Part shown: positions 12,930-25,490 of the stretch, piece after piece
Layout: the number at the start of each line of letters is the position of its first letter
Position numbering within the stretch: position 1 is the first letter of the stretch
Assembly (NCBI GenBank): GCA_028534125.1
Contig: CM052836.1
Location: 12,276,001-12,340,000 of the forward strand
Length of the DNA: 64,000 nt
Direction of reading: 5' to 3'
DNA from: Lama glama
Lineage: Eukaryota
Program-made: the position numbers and the translations under genes
The notes under the pieces: model-generated
Database searches by the model: none
What the model was told of the DNA's origin: nothing
What the model saw: the letters and a program-made list of their open reading frames with translations, nothing else

Positions 12930-14653
12930 AAGAGATGTCCACATGTGATGCGTGTTGTCGGGTGGTTACAGGGACGGTGCTGGGACCTGGGGAGAGGCTG
13001 GAGGCGGGCAGATCCCACCAGAGGCTCCTTCACCATTTCTGGTGAGGAGACAGGTCCAAACCCAGGCTCAGAGAGGGGGCCCAGAAAGGAGGGAACAGCC
13101 CGAGCAGCATTTAAGAAGTGGAATTGACACCATGTAATTACTGAGGGGTGAGGGCAGCCGTGGAATTGAGGGCCGTGCCCACCACAGTCGAGGATCCCGG
13201 ACACATGGCTTGGTTAGCGGGTTAGGTGAGTTCGGTCTGGAGACGTTTGATGTGAGTTCCCCGCCCAGCACCCTGGTGAAGATGTCCAGAGGGCAGTTGG
13301 TGCTACTTGTCTGCAGTGCAGGGAAGAGTCGGGACTGAGGATGTGGACTTGAGTTACTAGGTCGTAGGTGGCGGTGAAGGCGGGGGGACGGAACTTTGGA
13401 AAGGCTGAGGGTGGAAAGATGACCCCCTCAGGGTTGCTGACCTGCAGGACTGGGGAGAAGGCGGCAACTGATAAAGAACAGTGGCAGGGGGGAGGGTAGA
13501 AGCCACGGAAGGGGGAAGTGGCGGGAACCACAGCTGATGGTGGCATTTGCTACAGATTTAGTAAGAGAGAGACTGAGCCCTTGGCAGCTGGGAGTGACCG
13601 GGGACAGGAGAGCTGCTTCAGGGAGGAGCAGGCAAAGTGCAGAGCACGTGGAGGTGAGAAGATGCAGAGTGCCTCCCACGGGGCAGGAAGATGGGCAGGG
13701 AGTTCACACCCACACCTGCACGCCCCGCAGTGGGGGCATGGGGTAGGACCACCGCTGGGCTAAGGTGCTGATTCTACAGTCAAAGGGACTGTCAGCATCA
13801 TGGGGAGAGGACACCAGACCTGAGGCTCAGGTGGCCAGCGGTCCCCGAGGGCTGGGCTGGGGCCGGTGGTCGTCCCTTTATTTTTGCTGTAACGACATGG
13901 TTGGAGGATCCTCTCTGGCTGTGCCCCAGCCCCTGGGGTGTAGGGGCCAGGACGACAGGGGATTGGCTTGATCATGGTTGTGTGGAGGCAGGACATGGAG
14001 TGAGGGTGCAGGGCGTGGGGTCTGTGCACTCCGGTCCAGACGAGACAGAAGCGGAGCGTGCCAGCCAGGGTAGGAGGGAAAGGCTGGAAAAAACAGGAAG
14101 GCTGGGAGGCCCAGCGAGGGGAGTAAGAGGCTTGGAAGAGGGTGGGGGTGCAGTTAAAGATGGTTGTTGAGAACTTCGGAAAGACCTGGAACTTCAGAAT
14201 TCAGAACTTGCAGAGAAGAAAGGTCCCGGGTGTGGCTGTGTGGTTAGTGGACGAGATGAAGGCTCAAGGTGTAGGGGGAGGCTAGAAGAAGTGCAGCCCC
14301 CGTCACGTCACCCCCTGCGTCCTGGGAGGCAGGCAAAGATGGAAACCAAGGAATCCAGTGAGTGACCGGGGTGGGGGGAGGGTCACCGGGAGCAGGGGCA
14401 GCTGGATGCCGTGAAGCTCCAGGAGTCGGGGCGGGTGCCTGGCGGGGAGTCGAGGGTCCTGGAAGCCCTCGTGGGGACGGGGGCTGCCGGGCTGACTCTG
14501 GTGGAGCCCTTCCCGTGTGGCCGGGCCCACGTGTGCACCGAAGTAGCCAGAGGTCACGTCCACCAGCAGAGAGGTGGAGGGGCCCCGGTGAACCATCAGG
14601 TCATCCACGATGGGGACAGCTGGCGGGTGGAGAGGGGCGTTGGGGTGCTGAGT
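12930..14653 (-). mobile_element. Degraded L2 fragment(s)
   Basis: gagttcggtctggagacgtttga..gatgtccagagggcagttgg L2 motif near 13230-13310; the minus frame near 14600 (IVDDLMVH) resembles the L2 endonuclease ILGDFNIH. Boundaries approximate. Confidence 0.45.
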
Positions 14654-14668
14654 AAAGAAGCCTGGGTC

Positions 14669-14871
14669 CTACGTATAAAATAAACAACAAGTGTATACTG
14701 TACAGCACAGGGAGCTGTATTCAGTATCTTACAGTAACTTATGGTGAAAAAGAACATGAAAACGATTATGTGTACGTTCCTGTGTGACTGCAGTCTTGTG
14801 CTGTGCGGCAGAAACTGACACAACGTTATAAACTGACTATAGTTCAATAAAAATGCGTTTCTTAAAAAAAA
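14669..14871 (+). mobile_element. Young L1 3' end, sense to MFAP3L, with TSD
   Basis: tactgtacagcacagggagctgtattcagtatctt..ttcaataaaaa; TSD aaagaagcctgggtc (14654-68) vs aaagaagcagcctgggtc (to 14886). Confidence 0.9.
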
Positions 14872-15237
14872 GAAGCAGCCTGGGTCGGCCTTCGGGCCCC
14901 TTGAAGGCATGTGATGTAAATTCCACCTGTTCCTACTGAGCATTGTCTGTTTCAGGAGCAAAAATAACAAAAGTATATTGTCATGATTTCTGTGAAAAAC
15001 ACAGCTGAACGTCTGGAACGTCCTCTGGAACGTCCCCTGAATTTGTGAGCTGTTTAAAAATTACGTACATTTGCATTTTAGCTGGGTTCCAACGTTTGAT
15101 AAATAATAATTAAAAGTATGAATGCTCATATTTATGTGTCAAATTTTTTTTTAACAGGATCTTAACCAAGAGCCCTCTCTATGGCTCCAGGATGGGCTGG
15201 TCCCTCGGCCTGCCGTGAGCAGCGTGTTGTCCGGTAG

Positions 15238-15663
<426 letters not shown>

Positions 15664-18491
15664 TAAAAATCTCGTTTTGTCTTGTGTTTCTAAGGCAGGA
15701 GAAATATGTATCCGTAAGCACTCAAAGCAGTGATAAATTCGTTTTTTCACTCTGACTCAGAAGACAGAAGGCAAACATTTTACGAGGCCTCTTGAATTTT
15801 GTAACAGTGCGCACAAAATGTAGGGGTGAACATTAACGTGGCTTTCCCTCAAATGTATGTTCCAGTTATAGGGGAGTTCTGCTTGGCTTCATGGAACATA
15901 AGTTGTTGATCATTAAACGTCAGTTGAATTCATTGACTGTGAATTTAAAGGCCATGCATTTTAAAAGAAGTCTCCGGGCAGGTTCTTAGCACCAGCTGGA
16001 GATGGTCTGTGCTCCTGGCTGAAGCTGCTAGACTGTCACTGCCGAGGCCAAGAGGGCGGGAGGCCGTAGGAGTGAGAAATGACAGGTGCCCTTGGGAGCG
16101 CTTGGCTTCTCAGGAGTGAGTTTCTGGCTTTCCTAAACAGGAGCGCACTTGAGGAAAGGCTGCGGCTGGAGAGGGCACTGCTGGGCTCATCGGAGTCGGC
16201 ACCCTTCCTGTTTCAGGTGGGAGAGCCCAGCGTGACGTGCTTAGCGCGCGTCGAGGATGTGAGGGGCTGAGGGGGCCGGGTGGAAGGACCGCCCATCTGG
16301 CTGAGCCTAAGCTCTCTAACCCCGCAGTCTCAGCTCCCAGAAGACCTACATTTCTGACCTCTTTTCCTCGTTTTATCTTAACCACTCCGGAAGAGAACAG
16401 AGGCTCCCATGTCTGCCTCCTTAGACTCTCCGTGGATGGATGGGTTGTCTGGGAGGCTCACACCTCTGCCGTGTCCCTGCATCTCCCATGCGGGTCCTCA
16501 CGCTGCTTTTGTCAGCCGTTCAGGGATGTGCGGAGCCCCAGGGCTTCTCCCACCTAGTAAAAGTGTTACTATAGTGAACAGTCTTGTGTGGTTTGGCATG
16601 TTTCAGCTACCAGGGGGGAGCTTCCTCCCCAAGTGAAATTACAGGACCACAACTTTTACATCAGAAGGGACCTCAGAGACCGTGCCGTTGACACCCCCTG
16701 CCCACGTCCCAGTCCCCACAGCCCCTTCCTCCCAGACCACAGGTCAGAAGGGCTGGAGGTGGTAACCATGGCAACCTGTACACACACAGGTCCCTGGGCT
16801 CCGTGGAGTCTTTCTGCGGGGCTGGGCCTCTGTGAGGGTTCCCGAGGTGACTGCATAGAGGGGACCAGGGACTCCAGACCAAGCCTGCCTTTCACGTGGA
16901 CCTCGGGGCAGAGCTGGGGTTCTGAACCCTGGGTCCTGGAGAGGACGAGGACCAGGGAACAGTGGAGAGTCAGGGCCTGAACTTAAGCTGTGACATTTTG
17001 AGTGCTGTCCTGGAATCGCACCTGATGGCTCCGAGGAGATGGTGAGAGGTCCCGATGGCTGATGTTGAGTCAGTCTTGGCCAGAGGACCCTGTGCCTCAG
17101 CTGCTCGTCTGCACGTCGGATGGGTGAACGAGGTCACATGGGGCTCACTGTTCTCCTATCTTGTGGCTGCGTGGGGGTGGGGGGTGACAAAGCTGTGGCC
17201 CAGAGAACCGTGCCGTCAAAACCCTCTGGTCCTGTTTGGAGCCAGTGGCCTTGCTGAAAAAGCATTTGGCTGTTTTTAAAATCTCATGAGGACGACACTC
17301 TGTAGATTTTTTCAGAGAACCCGTGATACTAGCACTTGGCGTTCCAGCTCAGCCTGTGTAATTATAGCGCATAGTCACAGCCATTTCAGGACGCAGGTAA
17401 TGCAGGGTAATACACAAAGCACTGCTGTCAACCAGGCGGGACAGAGGAAACAGCGGGACATTGATCCTCATCATAAAACGTAGCATCGTGGTGCCGCTCG
17501 AGGACCCGTCGTCTCTGACTCCTCGTTTCTGAGGGGAAGATGCCACGTTGTAACCAGGACGTAGCTTTCAGTTTGCAGGCCGACTGGCCGGGGTTTAGGT
17601 GGAGCAGCGGCTCCTTAACAGCTCAGCACAGGGGTGACAGGTACAGCGTGGGAAGGGCGCAAGGACCTAGAACGTCACCTGGACGCAGTGGCCTGCTGCT
17701 GAAAACAAGCACAATGCGGGTAATTTCCACTAACAAGCACCCCTGGTTATTAAGTCCCTGGACCAAGTGACACACGTGATTTCCTGTGCTGGCAGTTAGC
17801 GAGACCGCGGGTGCTGCCGACCCCGAGGTACAGGTGTGAAGCAGGTGAGGGGAGGAGCCAGTACCCGACCGAGTGCGGCCGGGCTGGGCTTCAGCTCCCT
17901 CCATGCCTGGGCGGCACCTGCTCCTCCTTCCAGTCTCGGTGGGCGAAGGATGGCTCAGTCCCTGAGACCCACGCCCGAGTGGAGGAGGCAGCACCAGGAC
18001 CCCAGGTGGCATGCGTGTGAGGCGTGCACACCCAGGTGTGTTCAGAGCCGTCCGGCCAGCTGCTCTGGCGCCCAGTCCGTGTGCTTGGCGGTTCCAGGAG
18101 CAGCTCATGGATGCTGAGAGGGCGAGGTGGTGCTGCTGGTGCGGACACCGCGGTCCCGGAAGGCACGGGCTGGCTCCTGGCTCCCGCCGCTGCTCTGCTT
18201 TGCTTCCCTAGTGTTGCCACTTCGATTCCACAGCTTCGGAGGTGCTTGTGTGTGACCTGTTCTGGAGCAAGACTTTTTTTATTTTTGGAGTTCTCCAAAG
18301 GACATGTTTGAGGGTGTCCACCCATATTACAGAAATAACCCAAAAGTCAGGTGACATGAGCAGCCACCAGTGGCCACAGGATGTGCTGTTTTCAGTCCTC
18401 CTTTTGCTGGAAGCGAGTAGGATTATACAGTTGCCAGAAAGTCTAATAAAAAGTCCCCATTATTTCAGGTACTAATGATGCAGTGTATTTT

Positions 18492-18628
18492 CTTTTTTCA
18501 GATTTTTTTTTATTGATGTGTAGTTGACTTACAGTGTTAGCCTCAGGTGTACAGCAGAGTGATTCAGTTATACATATACATTCATATATATATTCGATAT
18601 CTCGTAATAAAATATAATGGAAAAGTAG
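18492..18628 (-). mobile_element. Young L1 3' end with 5' inversion (twin priming), 12-bp TSD
   Basis: TSD gcagtgtatttt at 18480-91 and 18629-40; minus-strand L1 tail followed by a ~40-nt plus-strand L1 segment. Confidence 0.85.
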
Positions 18629-19920
18629 GCAGTGTATTTTTGCTGTAGCTTCTCACTCTGACTGTAAACCATTCCAGTGCTCATTGGCACCTTTATCAGA
18701 TGGTAAATAACAGGCATTTCAAGGAAGTCAGCTCCAGAAAAGGCACAGGGCTTGGTAAACACGTCTGACGGGTCATCAATTAAGTTGGAAATTCTTCATT
18801 AAAGTTGGAGTTTAGGCTTTTCTGTGTATTTGTCTTCCATTCTCCTGCAGCTTCCTGTCACCAAAAGTAATTAAGAATGATCTTTGGAAAGAGATGCACA
18901 CAGAGTAAGCTGAGCTGAATTGTGCCAAGTTCACGAGGATTTCACAGCTCCTCAACCTCTGCGGAGTTCATCATTTCAGATTTTGCTTAAGTTTTTGTCT
19001 CTCTGGTGTTTTTACCGTCTGTTTCTGCGGGTGTTCTCAGTGGCCTGTGAAGTGCCTTTACCTCCTGCGAGGGATCACCCAGCAACCTGTGCTGGCTGCG
19101 TTTTGACACCAGGGTGTGTCACCCCCCAGAACATATCCGGGAGGGGTCAGTTCCCACAGCAGTCGGTGCAGATCATCCTTTGCCTCTAAAATGAAGCGTG
19201 AAGTGGTGCGTTGACCTCCGAGAGTGTTACACTGAATTCCTCTTTGAGTGCAGTAAATATTTGAGATTTTACAAAATCAACTTCATCACGAGGCATTAGA
19301 ATTTGTGTAATTGTAAATGTATTACTGGGAATTCAGCGGGAAAGCGTGGTGGTGTTTCCCCTGAGCAAGTTCCGTAACACTTCTGAGCCGATTCTCCTCC
19401 CTATGAAACAGAGACAGTCCTTTTTTACCTCCAGGGACAGCAGAGAGTCTTGTTTTGTGTACTGATTGCCCAGGATGGTACCCGGAACACCCCACGCCGT
19501 CAGTACACGTGGCTGTTGTCACTTCTGCCCATCATGTTACCCGTGTCCTGTGCTGTCACAGTCAAGATTCCAAGTGCTTCAATCTCTGTTTCATAATTAG
19601 GTGTGTTTTGTAAAGAAAGAAAATAATTTTCTGGGCTGTTCCTTATTTGCTGTCTCAATTTCTCAGCCTTTTAAAAAACATTCAGTAAATACCCCCCTAA
19701 AAATGTATATCCCTTAATATTTACTGAAATCTCAAAATAGCGCTGTGACGCCTCTGATGCGAGTGCAGGGTACCCCACCAGCCGCTTCCTGTTCCCCGCA
19801 CGCCCCCCTGCGCCCAGGGGGCCGGCCAACCTCCAGCGTGCGCCCCCCGTCTGAGGACACAGGGAGTCCAGACCTTACGGAGTATATCATGCGTGGGACG
19901 AACCGTCCATTTGCTGAACG

Positions 19921-20131
19921 CGGTGGTTCTTTCCGCCCAGAGGACACTGGCGAAGTCTGGAGGCACTTTTGTTTGCATAGCCGGGGCAGTGGGGGAAGGG
20001 GGCAGAGATGATACTGCTGGCATCTGAGAGTAGAAGCCAGGGATGCTCCAAACATCTCGTAATGCACAGGACGGCCCCCTGGGAAGAATTACCCAGTCCA
20101 GATGTCAGCGATGCCCCAGAGAGAATCGCTG
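19921..20131 (+). mobile_element. MER20 (hAT-Charlie MITE)
   Basis: Ends cggtggttct / gagaatcgctg; internal ctggcatctgagagtagaagccagggatgctccaaacatctcgtaatgcacaggacggcccc. Confidence 0.85.
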
Positions 20132-20789
20132 GTCTCGCCCAAAGCAGCGGCCTCAGCCAGCTTAGAGAGTCATCCTGGAGGCCCTCAGGTCACCTGCTTG
20201 AACCCGCTGTGTGTTTCTCCACGGAGGTGGTACTTCAGTTTATTTCCCAAATTGAGTCGTATTCGGCGCCGGCCTGGCAGCCAGCCACACTTGCAGTGTT
20301 CCTTTACTGACTCGCGCTGCATTTGGGATGTGGGCATCTGGCAGTGAAGAGGCCCTTCCCCATCCCGCCCAGATGAGGTGACGGCTGAGGTCCCAGAGCA
20401 GAGCCCCGCAGGCTGCTCTGACCAGGACATTTTTTCACTACCTTGATTTTCTTACATTCACGAATATTTCCCCAGTCAACCTAGACGTGCCTGATTTGAA
20501 TTTCAAGAATGCTAAAAGCAGCTCCCAGGCTACATTCATCCTGAGTTTGGGTGGAGGCGCAAAATCAACTTCCCAGTGGTTTTATCCCCGCAGCCCCCAC
20601 CTGCAGTGCCCCTCCCCCGTTCTCTCAGCAGCATAATTAGAATCGGTGCCCACCCCCACAATGGTGTTCTGAAAGGTGGGAAAATTGCTTTTAAGATTGC
20701 TTTAATCTCTTTAAATTCAGTGATGACTTGCCCAGCAGTGGTTTTGTGCACTTAGACAGTACCCGCATTCCTTTGTTCTGTGACTGATC

Positions 20790-21215
20790 CGTCCATGTCC
20801 TTTCTGTTTTTTTTTTTTTCTTTTGGGTTATTTTTCTTGATTTATAGGAGTCCTTTATGCTTTATAGGGATTAAGCATTTGTCTGTCAGATATTCTAGAT
20901 TTTTCTCCAGCTCTTGTCATCTGCTCTTTACTCTAGTAGAGTGTATTTTATAGTGTAAAACTTTTGGGAGAAATTCCATCCAGCTCTGTTCTCCTCTACA
21001 GATTGTGGGATTCTTGAGACGCTGAAGGCCTTCCCATCCCAAGGTTATAAAATGTGTTTATACCTTCTATTAATTTTAAACTTTTTAATTTTATATTAAG
21101 ATCTTCAGAGTACTTGGAATTTATTTTTACCTATCACATAAAATAGGAATTTCACTTTATTTTCTCTTCAGTGAGCAGTCAGTTATCCCAGAATTCTTTC
21201 CCGCCTGATTTGCAA
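20790..21215 (-). mobile_element. Old L1M ORF2-region fragment
   Basis: tttttcttgatttataggagtcctttat, aaggccttcccatcccaaggttataaa, ttggaatttatttt are typical antisense L1ME motifs. Confidence 0.55.
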
Positions 21216-21665
21216 TGACATCCTCCTCATGTCTGGTCTGGACTTTGAGGTTTTCCCTGCTGTTTAACCTGGGGTCGGAGAAGGGGATAGGGTGAGCTGG
21301 CCGTCCCTGGCCCCTCGGGTTTGCAGGTTCTATCAGCAGCAGCATGTATCAGCTCCTCTGTTTTCCTCAAACACGCCGTAGCCCACCGACCCAGCCTTGG
21401 AAATGCTTTCCCTAACCCCCGCCCCCTGCCTGCACTCCCAGTCCCGCTCAGGACCGCAGTCCCCTCCGAGCAGCATCCTCGCTGTACCCCCCTGCCCCGT
21501 GACAGCCCCTGGGTGGGCTGGGCGGGCACCCCCCTGGGGCCTGATGGTGTCTGCAGCCAGGGTCCTGTCTTCCTCATCTTTGGATCCGCCTCGTCTGGCA
21601 GGGACCCACTGTCCTGGGCTCAGAAGCAGAGCACATGCCGAACTAATAATGTTTGTTCTATATGT

Positions 21666-21826
21666 ATTTTTTATTGAAGCATAGTCAGTTTATAGTGTTG
21701 TGTCAATTTCTGGCGTACAGCACAGTGCTTTAGTCGTACATGAACATACATATATTTGTTTTCACCGTAAGTTACTACAAGATGTTGAATACAGTTCCCC
21801 CTGCCATACAGGAGGACCTTGTTGTT
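21666..21826 (-). mobile_element. Young L1 3' end
   Basis: tttttattgaagcatagtcagttta..tttctggcgtacagcac..gaccttgttgtt. Confidence 0.85.
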
Positions 21827-24124
21827 GAACTCATGACTTACGTGCTGAACGTCTCACCGGCTTCCCCAAAACAAACCACAGGTGCCACCCGAGTCGGTTG
21901 TGTTTGGTTCCGGACCACGGCCCCTTGTGACCGTGCGGCCGGGAACTTCTGGGGTGTCTGTGTGGGTATCTGCCTTGAATGTCTTGGGTCCAAGGTGGAT
22001 AAATCCACGTCAGTAGACAATTAAAAGCATGCCTGGAAATAATTCTAAAATTCAAGCTCAGAGACGCCTGGAATACTCAGTAGAGGAAGGCGTTGGGGTC
22101 TCGTCCCAGCGTGCACCTCCGCAGTTGACTTTCCTGTACCAGTTAGAATGCAGTCGTCGCTGATGGCCACACTCAGGTGTGGGGAGAAGGCGGTTTACGT
22201 CACCATCAGATGCCTGCCTTCCGAGCTGAGTGACCTTCTCCACCTTTCCTCTTCTGTAGCCAGTGCCCACTGCTCTGTCCTTGTATGTACAGATGATTCC
22301 TCCAAAAAGGAGTAGGGGTGGGAGGGTAGGAGGTGGACGCATTGATCCCCTTACAGATAACCTCACCTCCTCACCCTCCCCCATCCTGTCGCCATATTTT
22401 CCAACAAAGTAAGGAAGGCAGTATGAGAAACAGCTGCAGGTACAGTCTGTAATTCTCTGCAGCCCGGCACCATCCTTGTCTATAATACACTCTCTGTCGC
22501 CCAGAGTTGTTTCTTCCCTATGCCTACCATAGTCTAGTTTTATGAAACATGAGTATTTTGAGAAAGAAAATGGATAACTTCCCTTGCTCAGATTATTATA
22601 TACTTGGATAAATCTGCCACTGAGGTAGGAGGTGTCGTGTTCAGGGAGTGACCGAGGTGGGAGCCTTGCCTCTGCCCACTGGAATGAGAGAAGGTTTCCC
22701 AGGCCAGGAGCGAGGTTAGTCTGTTCACACACACTCACAGGAGACCGAAAGTCACCAGATTTTCCAAACCAGTGTTTTCCACCCTGAGGGGGAACACACT
22801 GGCTGGATTGTTAGAGGCGAGTCACTCAGGGGCACCAGGAGCCACTCTTCACAAATAGTCTTTCAGAGAGCACATAAGTAAGGTAACAGCGTCTCCAGGG
22901 CGCATCCCGCCAGACTCCCCGGGCCAGCAGGGCAGGGGCGTGGGCCCCAGAGGCACCCCGCTGCCCCGGGCAGCTCCCTGGGGCACGCTCCCTGCAGGAG
23001 AGGATGCCGGAATAACGGAGGCGGCCACCTCGTCCTGCGGCCCCTGGGGACCCTGGTCATGCTTGTCCTCACACGTTTAAAAAAAAAGAAAAGTTGCTTG
23101 TTGCTTTTGGAAAATATCAGGCTTTTAATTAGACTTAAGTCCCTGCCAGACAGGGCAGAGACAAGTGAAAATGCAATGCGATAATAGACACTTAAAAGGA
23201 GACGACCAGTTAAATGTCCCCCCTCCCCCCGCCAAGAGAGCCTTTCTGGCTCCCTTGGGAACTGGAGTGCTTTTACAGAGAAGCGTCTGTCTGCTCCTCG
23301 GAGTTCCCAGCAGGCCTGGCCAGGACCCTCCTTTCTCTACAGGACAGTCCAGGGAGGTGGTGGGATTTCAGACAGACTCAGACCCAAGACCTGGAAGGCA
23401 AACGTGGTACCACATTTCCTGGGGTCCTCTGTCCTGCGAGTACACAGGCAGACTGAGAATTAATCCCAGGCAGAGAGTGTTACCAGATTCAAAACCTCAG
23501 TCCCAGGGCAACACTTGATCTTTTCCCGGCCAGAGGAGGAAAGAATTCTTAACAATCATAAGGCTTATCCACGTGCGTTCTCCATCACGGGAGGCCTGAT
23601 TTCAGCCGGAGGGTCTGTGATTTACCTGCAAAGATGGACCAGACTAATGCTCATTCACATGCAGCCTCTGAATCTCCGCAGTGTTAGCTTGCAGCTGTAA
23701 GTGACATAGTTCACTGTAGGTTCTCAGAACTAATGACTGAGGTTTTGTTTCCATCGGCTGAGGTCATGCAAGGATAGCTTCAGTCTCAACCGTGAAAACC
23801 CAGGTCAGCAGTCATCATTTAATGGGTCTCCTCCAGAGTTTATGTTGCTCCTAAAATACTTTATATTCTGAGAAGCAGTAAACTCTCCCGTGAACGTATA
23901 TCCAGTAGATCCAGGCCCACTGGCAGGTTAGAAAATCAGATGCTACGTTGAGGAATTCTCTCATAAGAGCACGGTATTTTCCAGACTTTCCAGGCTGTCG
24001 ATTTTTTTCACTGGGAAGTGGGATTCCACGGTCCGGTTTGGTGTTAAGGAGTTCAGCATCCTGAGCTTGAGTTCACTTAGAGCTCAATGACTTCCAAACA
24101 GGGGGCCTTGGGAGGTGGTTCAGT

Positions 24125-25490
<1,366 letters not shown>

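Noticed and set aside
22058-22738. 226-aa antisense ORF in intron 2 (also 9179-9820 and 33361-34017)
   Set aside because: No recognisable homology or splice context; lengths are within chance for GC-rich DNA.
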